DNA of 64,000 nt from Nitrospinaceae bacterium UBA7883 (GCA_002500605.1 DLRR01000012.1:137265-201264); one strand, 5' to 3'. Positions 40,069 through 50,424 are shown, counted from the first letter of the stretch. The notes: generated by a model from the letters alone, not told the origin. Numbers and translations: made by a program.

Positions 40069-40928
40069 GTTCGACACGTTTTGTAGCAACTCGATTCTAC
40101 CAATTGGTGCCAAAGAGGCTCCGTTTGGCTCGTTTTATAACCTTGGCAGCATCAACGATACTTTGCTTAAACTTCTCATTTCAAACACATGCCGCTACAA
40201 ATCTTCCGTTCGTGTTAGGTGAAAAAGCTATCTATGACATTTCATGGTTCGGAATAATTGGAGGAGAAGGCACCTTACATATTAAGAAAAATTTTAGTTA
40301 TATGAATAACGAAATATATGAAATTGATATAAACGGTGTATCTGTCGGATGGGTTAGAGACTTGTACAAGGTTGATGATCACGCTTTTTCATATTTTGAT
40401 ATAAAAAATAAATATAGTCACCGAGCAGAAATTCAAATATCAGAAGGGTCTTATAAAAAAGTAAAAGTTATTGAGTTTGACCACAAAAATCTAACTGCTA
40501 CATACAGACAAAACGACTCCCCTCCAGAAACTTTTGAGATTGAATACGGCAGCCAAGACTCTTTTTCTGCTCTCTACGCATTAAGAACAATGCATCATAA
40601 ACTCAAGGTTGGTAAATCGATTTCACTGCCACTGTTTGAAGACAAGAAAAAATACGATTTGGAAGTTAGGGTCCTCCGCAAAGAAAGGTTACACCTTCCA
40701 CAAGGGATGATAGACACTATAGTAATCCAACCCATGCTAAAGACTGAAGGAGTTTTTCGACGCAAAGGGAAATTGACAATTTGGCTTGTTGACAATTACA
40801 GTCTGCTACCTATTAGAATAAAGACAAAAATCCTGATTGGCTCGTTTGTTGCGAATCTAAAGGAGTATGATGGGATTGAGTTGTCATTCATACCATATGC
40901 TAACCCTGCAAAGGGGAAAGATAAGTAA
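40062..40928 (+). CDS. DUF3108-like exported beta-rich protein
   Basis: Signal-like N-terminus; GEKAIYDISW, YKVDD..S, QDSFSALY..R, G..DT, IW.....LP. Confidence 0.72.
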   Translation: MLSSTRFVATRFYQLVPKRLRLARFITLAASTILCLNFSFQTHAATNLPFVLGEKAIYDISWFGIIGGEGTLHIKKNFSYMNNEIYEIDINGVSVGWVRDLYKVDDHAFSYFDIKNKYSHRAEIQISEGSYKKVKVIEFDHKNLTATYRQNDSPPETFEIEYGSQDSFSALYALRTMHHKLKVGKSISLPLFEDKKKYDLEVRVLRKERLHLPQGMIDTIVIQPMLKTEGVFRRKGKLTIWLVDNYSLLPIRIKTKILIGSFVANLKEYDGIELSFIPYANPAKGKDK

Positions 40929-42607
40929 TGGTCCAATCGATTAGGGTAACGTTAGCTCAGTTAAACCTTGTTGTCGGTGATCTGTCGTATAACAGTCTCA
41001 AGATAATATCTGGAATTAACACTGCTAGGAAATTAGGTTCTCAAATAGTTGTCTTTCCGGAGCTATCTATATCTGGGTATCCGCCAGAAGACCTGCTTAC
41101 AAAAAACTCATTTGTCAAGCGTTGTGACGATGCATTGTATTGCATTGCAGAAAAAGTTACTGACATTGTAGTAATTTTGGGATCGCCTGTTAACATGAAC
41201 GGGGTAGTAAACGCAGCCATTACTATATGCAACAGAGAAGTTGTTTGCAAAAACACAAAAATAGCCTTACCAAACTATGGGGTTTTTGATGAACGAAGGT
41301 ACTTTGCACCGGGCAAAGGCGGTCCATTAGTAAAGGTAAACGACGCAATTGTTGGAATTTCTGTATGTGAGGATATGTGGGTTGAAAACTCCATACTAAA
41401 GGACCAAGGCCAAACAGGAGTAAATCTTTTCATAAACATTTCTTCGTCTCCTTATCGGTTAGGGGCAGATAACGAAAGAACTAAGATAGCGGCTCAATGG
41501 TCGTCTAGCTATGCAGCACCTTTACTCTATTGCAACCTCATAGGAGGTCAAGATGAATTGGTATTTGATGGTGGCTCATTTATCACTAACGATAAGGGTA
41601 ATGTCGTAGCAAAAGCAGCCTCCTTTAAGGAAGATTTTTTAACAATGGACATCCCATTTGCTCTCCGTAGCACATCTGTTAATAATGCCAGAGAAATTGT
41701 AATTTCTAACTCAAACTTGCCACGCATTGATCCCCCCCCCAATTGTGCATCCCTAGATGAGGATGAGGAAGTATATAATGCTCTCGCTTTAGGTTTATCC
41801 GACTATGTTGAGAAAAATAGATTTAAGGGTGTTGTAATAGCTCTCTCGGGCGGTATCGACTCAGCTCTCACTACAATGATTGCTACTGACGCTTTAGGCC
41901 CAGAACGTGTACATGTGATAATAATGCCGTCCCACTACTCCTCTGAGGAGTCAATATCAGATTCAGTCAAAATGGCTAAAAACTTAAAAGTAGAACTCTT
42001 AAATCTACCCATATCCAGTCTGATGAACTGCTTTGAACAAACATTAAGCAATGTTTTCAAAGGGAAACAACAGGACGTGACGGAAGAAAATATTCAGGCG
42101 CGTATTAGGGGTAACCTAGTCATGGCGCTGTCAAACAAGTTTGGATGGCTAGCGTTAGCTACGGGAAATAAAAGTGAAATGGCCGTAGGTTATTGCACTC
42201 TTTATGGTGACATGGTAGGCGGCTTTGCTATAATAAAGGATCTTTTTAAAAGCCGAGTATACAAGCTATGTCAGTGGAGGAATGAGCAAGAAGGTTGGGA
42301 TATTATTCCAAAAAGCATCATAGAAAAAGCTCCTTCCGCTGAGTTGAGACCTGGCCAATTTGATACTGATTCACTTCCCCCATACAATGTTTTAGACCCC
42401 ATACTTTTGGAGTATATTGAAAAAGAGAAGGGAATTGATGACATTGTACACCTAGGTTACGAGAGAAGCTTAGTTACTAAAATTATCACTATGGTAGACA
42501 AGTCAGAGTACAAACGCAGGCAGGGTCCTATCGGTGTAAAGATTACCTCTAAAGCTTTTGGCCGTGATAGAAGATTACCGATAACGTGTGGGTATACAGA
42601 TAAGTAG
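40928..42607 (+). CDS. nadE: Glutamine-dependent NAD+ synthetase
   Basis: Nitrilase domain (FPEL..GYPPED, LPNYGVFDE, VCED) plus SGGIDS, ENIQARIRG, TGNKSE, GYCTLYGD, PSAELR, EYKRRQ. Confidence 0.96.
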   Translation: MVQSIRVTLAQLNLVVGDLSYNSLKIISGINTARKLGSQIVVFPELSISGYPPEDLLTKNSFVKRCDDALYCIAEKVTDIVVILGSPVNMNGVVNAAITICNREVVCKNTKIALPNYGVFDERRYFAPGKGGPLVKVNDAIVGISVCEDMWVENSILKDQGQTGVNLFINISSSPYRLGADNERTKIAAQWSSSYAAPLLYCNLIGGQDELVFDGGSFITNDKGNVVAKAASFKEDFLTMDIPFALRSTSVNNAREIVISNSNLPRIDPPPNCASLDEDEEVYNALALGLSDYVEKNRFKGVVIALSGGIDSALTTMIATDALGPERVHVIIMPSHYSSEESISDSVKMAKNLKVELLNLPISSLMNCFEQTLSNVFKGKQQDVTEENIQARIRGNLVMALSNKFGWLALATGNKSEMAVGYCTLYGDMVGGFAIIKDLFKSRVYKLCQWRNEQEGWDIIPKSIIEKAPSAELRPGQFDTDSLPPYNVLDPILLEYIEKEKGIDDIVHLGYERSLVTKIITMVDKSEYKRRQGPIGVKITSKAFGRDRRLPITCGYTDK

Positions 42608-42625
42608 TTTTTAAGAGAGGCTATA

Positions 42626-43168
42626 TTGAATTTCGTACCAAAACAAATGTTTTTTACGCGTGGGGTAGGAACTCACCGTGCTGAATTACGGTCCTTTGAA
42701 TTGGCGCTTCGCGAGGCTGGAGTAGAGAAATGTAACCTAGTTTATGTTTCATCTATTTTACCTCCAAAATGCAAAATAATTTCCAAGCGTGAAGGTCTTA
42801 AATTGCTAAAACCTGGTCAGATGACATTTTGCGTAATGGCTAGAGTGGCTAGCAATGAACCACACAGGCTTATCTTTTCCTCAATCGGTTGTGCTGTTCC
42901 ATCTGACAAAAACAGTTATGGCTATTTGAGTGAACATCATGGATTTGGTCAAACAGAACAAGCGGCGGGGGATTATGCAGAAGACTTAGCTGCTGCCATG
43001 TTGGCTTCCACTCTAGGTATTGAATTTGACGAGGACAAAGCTTGGGACGAAAAAAAAGAAGTTTTCAGGATGTCCAACAAAATTGTAAAAACAAAAAACG
43101 TCACCCAATCAGCTATTGTTAAAAAGAATTACACAACTGTTGTGGCTGCTGCCGTCTTCATACTTTGA
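42626..43168 (+). CDS. pdaD: Pyruvoyl-dependent arginine decarboxylase
   Basis: SFELALR.AG, NLVYVSSILPP (Ser-Ser autocleavage site), GYLSEHH, AEDLAAAMLA; TTG start after AGAGG. Confidence 0.9.
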   Translation: MNFVPKQMFFTRGVGTHRAELRSFELALREAGVEKCNLVYVSSILPPKCKIISKREGLKLLKPGQMTFCVMARVASNEPHRLIFSSIGCAVPSDKNSYGYLSEHHGFGQTEQAAGDYAEDLAAAMLASTLGIEFDEDKAWDEKKEVFRMSNKIVKTKNVTQSAIVKKNYTTVVAAAVFIL

Positions 43169-43206
43169 TGAGAATGATAGCTAAGTTTACTGTAGTGTTT
43201 AAACAA

Positions 43207-44217
43207 CTATTCTTCAGTTAATTTCTCAGCAATTTGCACCGCATTGAGTGCTGCACCTTTTCGAATGTTATCGGCTACTACCCACAGATTGAGCCCGTTT
43301 TCGACTGTATTGTCATCTCGAATTCTACCCACATAAACCAGGTCCTTCCCAGCAGCATCTATAGCCATCGGGTATTTGAAATGTTCTGTATTATCCACCA
43401 CTTCAATACCTTGCGATGAGGAAAGAATGGTCTTAGCTTGATCGGCAGAAAGAGGCTTCTCGAACTCCAAATTCACCGATTCACAGTGACAGTAAAATAT
43501 TGGTACTCGCACTGTTGTAGCGGTTAATTCTATGGAGTAATCTTCCATGATTTTTTTTGTTTCATTGACCATTTTTAATTCTTCATTAGTATAGCCAGTG
43601 TCGTCAAATACATCTATATGCGGGATACAGTTGAATGCGATTTGATATGGAAACTTTACAGGATTAATGTCTTGCATTGAAAAAACCTGTCTAGTTTGTT
43701 CTGATAGTTCATTAATCGCCTGTTTTCCAGCCCCTGAAACAGACTGATACGTTGATACCACGACTCTTTTAACCCTCGCAATATCGTGCAGCGGCTTTAA
43801 AACCAATACCATTTGAATTGTGGCGCAGTTTGGGTTAGCTATTATCCCATTGTGCCTACCAACCGAATGGCCATTTACTTCTGGTACAATTAAAGGAACT
43901 TCAGGATCATTCCTAAAAGCTGAAGAATTGTCTACTACCACCGCACCAGCATCCACAGCTACTCGTGCAAACTCTCTGCTCCTTATCGCACCTGCTGAGA
44001 ACAACGCAATATCCACCCCTGAGAAAGAATCGGTTGTGAGTTCCTCCACCACACATTGCTCTCCCATAAAGTCAATGTTAATGCCAGCTGACCGGCTGGA
44101 AGCAAGAAGTTTGATCTCATTAATTGGGAAGTTTCTTTGTGCGAGTATTTTTATCATCTCCTCACCAACAGCCCCAGTGGCTCCAACCACAGCAACGTTA
44201 TACAATTTAGCGCTCAC
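43207..44217 (-). CDS. asd: Aspartate-semialdehyde dehydrogenase
   Basis: VGATGAVG, DNSSAFR, ANPNCAT, TYQSVSGAG, DNIRKGAALN. Confidence 0.97.
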   Translation of the reverse strand: MSAKLYNVAVVGATGAVGEEMIKILAQRNFPINEIKLLASSRSAGINIDFMGEQCVVEELTTDSFSGVDIALFSAGAIRSREFARVAVDAGAVVVDNSSAFRNDPEVPLIVPEVNGHSVGRHNGIIANPNCATIQMVLVLKPLHDIARVKRVVVSTYQSVSGAGKQAINELSEQTRQVFSMQDINPVKFPYQIAFNCIPHIDVFDDTGYTNEELKMVNETKKIMEDYSIELTATTVRVPIFYCHCESVNLEFEKPLSADQAKTILSSSQGIEVVDNTEHFKYPMAIDAAGKDLVYVGRIRDDNTVENGLNLWVVADNIRKGAALNAVQIAEKLTEE

Positions 44218-44259
44218 ATGAAATACCTTTCAACGTCTTGTTTTACTATACAAAAGTTC

Positions 44260-45366
44260 TTATTTGATGGACGAGGCAATTAGCTGACCCATTTCTTTCG
44301 TTCCCACTTGTTTCATCCCCTTAGTATAAATGTCTTGAGTCCTATAGCCACCATTTAACACATTTTGTATTGCGTCTTCTATGTCTTTGGCAGCATCTGG
44401 ATACCCAAAAGTATATTTCATCATCATTGCCACAGATAGGATTATGGCTATGGGGTTTGCTTTGTTTTGGTCTGCAATATCCGGTGCAGAGCCATGTACT
44501 GGTTCATACATTCCTTTATAACCATAATCAAGATTATCTCGAATGTGCTTTTCCGACCCCAAAGAAGCTGAAGGAAGCATACCAATGCTACCAGTTAGCA
44601 TCGCCGCCTCATCGGAAAGAATATCACCGAACAAGTTAGTTGTAACTATTACATCAAATTGCCTTGGATATCTGACAAGTTGCATAGCACAATTATCAAC
44701 ATACATATGTGAAAGATCTACATCCTTATAATCATTGTGAACTTCTGTTACTACCCTACGCCAAAGCTCGGTGCTTTCTAGAACATTGGCTTTGTCGACA
44801 CTACAAACCCTCTTATTTCTTATTTGGGCCATTTCAAACGCTACCCTTGCAATGCGTTCAATTTCAGGCGTTGTGTAAACCAAGGTATTAATGCCTTTCT
44901 CAACACCATCTTTATTCTTGGTGACACCTTTTGGCTCACCAAAATATATTCCCCCAACAAGTTCACGAACTACCATAATATCTATGCCTTCTACCACCTC
45001 ACGTTTGAGTGTAGAAGAATCAATTAGTGCAGGGTCTATTTTTGCTGGTCTCAGGTTTGCAAAAAGATCTAGCTTCGCCCGCAGACCAAGAAGTGCTCTT
45101 TCCGGACGAACTGAATAGTCAAGTGATTCCCATTGAGGTCCACCAACTGCGGCAAGCAGGATAGCGTCACTATCTATGGCAAGCTGAAGAGTGTCGTCAG
45201 GTAACGGATTTCCACATTTTTCATAAGCTACACCACCAACTAAAGCTTTTTCAATTTCAATACTAAACCCGTACTTATGGTTTACCACATCCAAAATTTT
45301 AATGGCTTCCTCAGCAATTTCCTCACCAATCCCATCCCCAGGGAAAACAGCAATTTTCTCAGTCAT
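44260..45366 (-). CDS. leuB: 3-isopropylmalate dehydrogenase
   Basis: [48 protein letters not shown]; ATG 45366 preferred over track start. Confidence 0.97.
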   Translation of the reverse strand: MTEKIAVFPGDGIGEEIAEEAIKILDVVNHKYGFSIEIEKALVGGVAYEKCGNPLPDDTLQLAIDSDAILLAAVGGPQWESLDYSVRPERALLGLRAKLDLFANLRPAKIDPALIDSSTLKREVVEGIDIMVVRELVGGIYFGEPKGVTKNKDGVEKGINTLVYTTPEIERIARVAFEMAQIRNKRVCSVDKANVLESTELWRRVVTEVHNDYKDVDLSHMYVDNCAMQLVRYPRQFDVIVTTNLFGDILSDEAAMLTGSIGMLPSASLGSEKHIRDNLDYGYKGMYEPVHGSAPDIADQNKANPIAIILSVAMMMKYTFGYPDAAKDIEDAIQNVLNGGYRTQDIYTKGMKQVGTKEMGQLIASSIK

Positions 45367-45711
45367 CGTAGAGATATCCTTCAGATTGAAAAGGAGCAAT
45401 TTTAACAGAGCCGAATAAAACCTGGCAATATTTTGTTACTTTTTTATTACAAATCGTTATCAAACAAATATTTAACATGGAGTGGGTAATACAAATTCTC
45501 GTATTTTATCTATACAAATTGCTTTGTGGCGTTAAATTTAATCATAATATTGGTTGCATCTAATTACCAGATAATTGTAGACTCAAAAGGTGAAAGTAAG
45601 GCTAATTAGCTTGTAACAAAGTTTCAGGCACATTTATCGTTTATCTACGAATGGTGATTCGAACAGTCGCTCATAGTTAAAAGCATTCATGATATTAGAG
45701 CTACTGCTAGG

Positions 45712-45924
45712 ATGGTGGAGGGTACAGTGAAGCATCCAAACAAGGTTAAAGAATTTCGGGATAACCTTATGTTATCAAAAGCAGAGCTTGCCAGAAAAGC
45801 CGGTATTTCTGTTCAGACACTTAACAGAATCGAAAGTGGTGAGGCATGCCGTGTTGATACACAAAGAAAAATACTGGAAGCGTTAGACGTTAAAGTAGAA
45901 AATAAGAATAGTATTTTCTCTTAA
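45712..45924 (+). CDS. Small XRE-family helix-turn-helix protein
   Basis: N.VKEFR..LMLSKAELARKAGIS..T..RIE.G. Confidence 0.88.
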   Translation: MVEGTVKHPNKVKEFRDNLMLSKAELARKAGISVQTLNRIESGEACRVDTQRKILEALDVKVENKNSIFS

Positions 45925-45990
45925 TGGAGAAAGCACTGCGTACTTTCTATATGCAACCCTGCTATTAAGACGATTTCAACATCATTTTAT

Positions 45991-47700
45991 TTACATACCT
46001 GAAAAATCTGGCCCATAACCATGCATAGCCGCATTTACTCTTAGGTTGGAGTTGGGGCAAACAATTTCGCAGGTTCTACATTGCACACAATTCTCTAAAG
46101 CCATGCTGTGGTACCTATAGTCACCATTATCAAGGGTCTGGTGAACGTCTGCTGTGCAATCCCCAACACATGGTGTTTTATAACCAGCTGCATCGTATTC
46201 CTTAATACAGTTTGCACAAACATTGGCATCAAGTTCGTCTATATGGTTGTTATCTTCTTCGTAGTGAGTATTAGCGTAAAACACAACGTCGGCAGTCGAA
46301 TACAAAAGTGAATGGTCAAACCCTACCGGCGATTCCTTTTCAGCTTTTTTGAACCCTTTACTGACACTTAAACGGTCTTCCTCGTAAACGACAGGGCCTT
46401 TATCGGAAGGATTTTCTATCATTTTTTTTGCATTTAATAGTTCCAATGATCCAAAAGGGTCCTTTATTCCCATCTTCATAACAGCATACCAGGGAGCTTT
46501 ACCAGCGTTTATAGAATCTATTATTCCAGGGATTACTTTTTTGTTTAGTTCTGGATAGTCCACAAAGGCCTGCCTAAAGTAGCGAGAATTCCTGATCTCT
46601 TGGCCGACCCATCCGTTCATAAGATTTTCTTGGAATAAGCCTAGCGCAGTACCTGAAAAATCACCATCTTCCAAGGCTTTTAGTACAGATTCAGCTGCTT
46701 GGTATCCACTTTCCATAGCTTTATCCACTCCTGAAAACCGCTTAACATCCAGCGTTCCACAAGCATCACCTAATAGAATAGCTCCATCAACAGCAAACTT
46801 TTCAGGCATAGAATAGTAGCCGCCTTCAGGCAAAATAGCAGCACCATACTTAATAAGTTTGCCTCCACGAATCATATCCTGCACATAGTGGTGTTTTTTT
46901 AACTCTTGCAAGATTTGTGGAGGCTCAATATTTGGGTTCTGAAAAGCACAACTAAGAACCATACCAATGGCTAGTTTATTATTTTTGCATCCATAAATGA
47001 ATCCCCCCCCAAAGTGACCCGGTTCCATAGGATATCCGATGGTATGCCATACCTTCCCTTCGTAGCTTTCATTTGTCTCCCATACCTCTTTAACACCAAC
47101 GGAATAAATTTGTGGGTTATTACTCAAATTGAATTTTGTAACGATTTCACGACTTAAAAAGCCCTTGTCACCGAAAGAAATAACATTGCCATAGCAAATA
47201 TCGCTTTCATCATCACCTGTGTCATCTACGCGAACGCCGATCACACGGTTTCCGTCGTAGATTATACTTGTGGCAGCAAAGCCGGGGAAAACATCGACGA
47301 TGGCCCCATCTTTCCCTTGCTCAAGCTCTTTGATCTGTCTCACCATATAGGTAGCCAAATCTGAGAGATTTAAAATCGCGTAACCTTCTTTTTTAAAATA
47401 AGGTGGAGTGGCAAAGCTAGGTAAGTTTTCCCAACGCCTCGCACTTACCAACGAAAGGTTGCTCTCTTGGACGATGCCTTGCAGGGGAAAATCTGAATTC
47501 ATCCAGTTGGGAAATAGTTTTGAAATTACTCTAGGGTTTGAAACTGCGCCCGATAACAAGTGAGAACCAACCGCTTTCCCTTTTTCAAATATAGCAATTT
47601 TTATCGGTTTTTTTGCCAACTGCAACAGTCTGTATGCCAGAGTAAGGTTGGCTGGGCCAGCTCCCACTAATACGACATCGTATTTAATACACTCGGACAC
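45991..47700 (-). CDS. ETF:quinone oxidoreductase / FixC-FixX-like fusion
   Basis: DVVLVGAGPA, GSHLLSGA, GVKEVW, HTIGYP, GGGFIY, PEGGYY, GDACG, AMESG; C-terminal ferredoxin domain with 8 Cys. Confidence 0.88.
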   Translation of the reverse strand: MSECIKYDVVLVGAGPANLTLAYRLLQLAKKPIKIAIFEKGKAVGSHLLSGAVSNPRVISKLFPNWMNSDFPLQGIVQESNLSLVSARRWENLPSFATPPYFKKEGYAILNLSDLATYMVRQIKELEQGKDGAIVDVFPGFAATSIIYDGNRVIGVRVDDTGDDESDICYGNVISFGDKGFLSREIVTKFNLSNNPQIYSVGVKEVWETNESYEGKVWHTIGYPMEPGHFGGGFIYGCKNNKLAIGMVLSCAFQNPNIEPPQILQELKKHHYVQDMIRGGKLIKYGAAILPEGGYYSMPEKFAVDGAILLGDACGTLDVKRFSGVDKAMESGYQAAESVLKALEDGDFSGTALGLFQENLMNGWVGQEIRNSRYFRQAFVDYPELNKKVIPGIIDSINAGKAPWYAVMKMGIKDPFGSLELLNAKKMIENPSDKGPVVYEEDRLSVSKGFKKAEKESPVGFDHSLLYSTADVVFYANTHYEEDNNHIDELDANVCANCIKEYDAAGYKTPCVGDCTADVHQTLDNGDYRYHSMALENCVQCRTCEIVCPNSNLRVNAAMHGYGPDFSGM

Positions 47701-47765
47701 TTATTTCTCCTCTGCCATTACATTTCACTATTTCAAGTTACAATAAATATTGTCCAATATAATGT

Positions 47766-48818
47766 TCAATTTCCCATCACTTTCTTAAACTGTTCCTTGA
47801 GTAATGGTACAACTTCGTACAAATCACCCACAATTCCGTAATGGGCAAACTGAAATATAGGCGCATTTTCATCTTTATTTACAGCAATAATGGTTTCAGA
47901 ATTACTAATACCGACCCTATGTTGGATTGCACCAGATATTCCTAAGGCTATGTATACAACAGGACGAACTGTCTTTCCTGTCTGTCCTACCTGATGAGCA
48001 TATGGTATCCACCCCGAGTCCACTGCCTTTCTAGAAGCGCCAATAGCGGAATCGTTGAAAATAGTGGAGAAGTCCTTTAACAGGTTAAAGCCTTCCTCAC
48101 CACCAAGCCCAAATCCACCAGAAACAATAACCTTGGCTTTCACAAGATCAAGGTCTTTTGAAACCTCCCTTATTGTTTCGATAACTTTCACACGGAAATC
48201 GGATTTGTCAAACTCTACTTTCATGGGAATAATTTCCCCAGACCGCTTTGTATTTACCCGGGACGGAATCATTGCACCCGCCCTAGCGGTAGCCATCTGT
48301 GGATTCTTCCATGGACCCAAGATTCTGGCCTTAAGGCTTTCTCCAAAACTTGGGCGAATAGCATACAGACAGTTTTTAAATGTCCCAATTTTAGATGGGT
48401 CAGCTTTCCCCTTATGGGTATACTCACCTATATCGAGTTCTGTACAGTCGGCTGTAAGACCAGTTTCAAAGTAAGCAGCAATTCTTGGCGCAAGATCACG
48501 CCCAAGAGTTGTGGCTCCACAAAGCACAATGTGTGGAGGCTTTTCGAAGGAATTAAGTACAGCTATAGCGGCCCGCCTGTAAGTTAAGGTCGTATATTCT
48601 TTCAATTCAGGCTGGTCCACTATGTAAACCTCATCAGCCCCTCTCTCAATCAAAATCTGTGGAATATCTTTTAGGTTGTGGCCCATTACAAGCGCCTGAA
48701 CTTTAACACCGAGTTTTTCAGCTAACTCTTTGGCCGCTCCTAATAATTCCATCGAAACAGGCCTCAAGTCGTTTTGAATTTGGTCTGCTATAACAAACAC
48801 ATTTTCAAAGTTATTCAC
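47766..48818 (-). CDS. etfA: Electron transfer flavoprotein alpha subunit (FixB-like)
   Basis: GRDLAPR, GLTADCT, RPSFG, PQMATAR, GASR..VD.GW, QVGQTGKTV.P, GISGAIQH. Confidence 0.95.
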   Translation of the reverse strand: MNNFENVFVIADQIQNDLRPVSMELLGAAKELAEKLGVKVQALVMGHNLKDIPQILIERGADEVYIVDQPELKEYTTLTYRRAAIAVLNSFEKPPHIVLCGATTLGRDLAPRIAAYFETGLTADCTELDIGEYTHKGKADPSKIGTFKNCLYAIRPSFGESLKARILGPWKNPQMATARAGAMIPSRVNTKRSGEIIPMKVEFDKSDFRVKVIETIREVSKDLDLVKAKVIVSGGFGLGGEEGFNLLKDFSTIFNDSAIGASRKAVDSGWIPYAHQVGQTGKTVRPVVYIALGISGAIQHRVGISNSETIIAVNKDENAPIFQFAHYGIVGDLYEVVPLLKEQFKKVMGN

Positions 48819-49660
48819 CGGACATATTCCTCAATTCCACGTCCCTCTGTACTAAGACAGTCAACTAGTGTTTCAACTTCTTTTGATACGGCTGCCCCTT
48901 TAAACAACCTGCAAGATCCCCCCTTTTCCCCAATTTTCCATGTCTTTCCAACAACTGTCGGGGAACCAACAAGCCCGACCTTTTTTGGGTCGGCATTGAT
49001 CTTGTCAAGATCCAAAAGTTGTATTCTCTCTTTTTTAGCTTGCTCGTCGCGAAGCAGCTCTTTTGATCTATACACATTGGCAAACTGTTTGTGCTCTAGC
49101 CTGGTAGCTGAGTTGGCTACAGTCACAAGTATAGGCATCGGTGCCTCGAGTTTCTGCACTCCGCCATCAATGATCCTACTGGCTTTTACTTTTCCATTTT
49201 CTACTATTAAGTCTTCGCAGTAGGTAATCTGAGGGTAGTTAAGACGTTCCGCAATCTGCGGTCCAGTTTGAGCTGTATCGCCATCTGTGGTTTGGAGCCC
49301 GGTAAAGACTATGTCAACATCTTTTATGTATTCTATGCATTTAAACAATGCATAAGCAGTAGCCAAAGTGTCGGAAGCAGCAAGGCGTTTATCGCTTAAT
49401 AGAAAGCCTTTGTCGGCACCATGTTCAATTGCGTCAAATAAAACTTCTATGGCAGGAGGCGGTCCCATTGAAATCGCAATAATCACACCCCCATGTTCGG
49501 CTCGCAACTCCAAAGCCTTTTGAAGCGCAAACTTATCAAAAGGATTTATCATCCTTTTGGCTCTCGCTCTGTCAACCGTTCCGTCGGGGTTTACTCCTGC
49601 GACACTTGAAGTATCTGGAACCTGTTTTATTAATACAACAATTTTTAACTCGTCGCTCAT
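48815..49660 (-). CDS. etfB: Electron transfer flavoprotein beta subunit (FixA-like)
   Basis: KQVPDT, NPFD, SMGP, DTLATA, GLQTTDGDTAQTGP, GL.GSPT. Confidence 0.95.
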   Translation of the reverse strand: MSDELKIVVLIKQVPDTSSVAGVNPDGTVDRARAKRMINPFDKFALQKALELRAEHGGVIIAISMGPPPAIEVLFDAIEHGADKGFLLSDKRLAASDTLATAYALFKCIEYIKDVDIVFTGLQTTDGDTAQTGPQIAERLNYPQITYCEDLIVENGKVKASRIIDGGVQKLEAPMPILVTVANSATRLEHKQFANVYRSKELLRDEQAKKERIQLLDLDKINADPKKVGLVGSPTVVGKTWKIGEKGGSCRLFKGAAVSKEVETLVDCLSTEGRGIEEYVR

Positions 49661-49762
49661 TCAACCCTTATCCATCCTAGCAAGAAAACACGCTATACTA
49701 GGCAACAGCTAATTAAAAACGTAGGATATTGCCACAATACAATATCTATTAAAAGCAAAATT

Positions 49763-49791
49763 TTGACAACACAAATAATATAATCTAATAT
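49763..49791 (+). promoter_or_regulatory. Sigma70-type promoter upstream of Sua5/YciO gene
   Basis: Consensus TTGACA (49763-49768), 17 bp spacer, TAATAT (49786-49791). Confidence 0.6.
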
Positions 49792-49815
49792 CCGCCTATT
49801 TGGACTGCCCCATAA

Positions 49816-50424
49816 ATGAAGGTTATCAATATTGACCAACACAGATCTCTTAATAAACAGTTAAAAAGCGTGATAACTAAGACCAGGCTGGATACCGTTT
49901 TTATCTACCCAACAGACACCATATATGGTCTAGGATGCAACATTTTCTCAAAAGAAGCCATAAACCGAATTTCCAATATCAAAAAACGATCCCAAAACAC
50001 GCCATTTTCATTTATTTGTAAGGATATAACTCAAGTTAGTGAATTCGCTGTTATTGCTGACTGGGCTTATGGAATGATTAATAATTGTTTACCAGGACCA
50101 TATACTTTCATTCTTGAAGCTAGAAAAACTAATATTCCAACGAATATGTTGGGTGAACGAAATACAGTTGGAGTGAGAATACCTGGAAACAACGTCTGCC
50201 AAACAATACTTGAGCTAATAGAGCAACCCATACTCTCTACATCTGTAAACCTTTCTGGGCAAGAACCAATTCACGACCCTAGTCAATTCCCAAAAGAATT
50301 TTTAAGTAAAGTTGACGTCATCATATCTGCAGGACTACTTGAAAATAAGCCCTCCACTGTGATAGATATAAGTGGCTCTAAGCCGATTTTAATAAGGGCT
50401 GGTAAAGGGGAAATTCCCTGGTGA
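49816..50424 (+). CDS. Sua5/YciO/YrdC family protein (threonylcarbamoyl-AMP synthase family)
   Basis: YPTDTIYGLGC, IKKR, PGPYTFIL, VGVRIP, STSVNLSG, PSTVID, IRAGKG. Confidence 0.9.
   Translation: MKVINIDQHRSLNKQLKSVITKTRLDTVFIYPTDTIYGLGCNIFSKEAINRISNIKKRSQNTPFSFICKDITQVSEFAVIADWAYGMINNCLPGPYTFILEARKTNIPTNMLGERNTVGVRIPGNNVCQTILELIEQPILSTSVNLSGQEPIHDPSQFPKEFLSKVDVIISAGLLENKPSTVIDISGSKPILIRAGKGEIPW

Noticed and set aside
40060-40090. Cys-TGA at end of methyltransferase as possible Cys-Sec
   Set aside because: Domain already complete; in-frame TAG follows within six codons; region overlaps the next gene start
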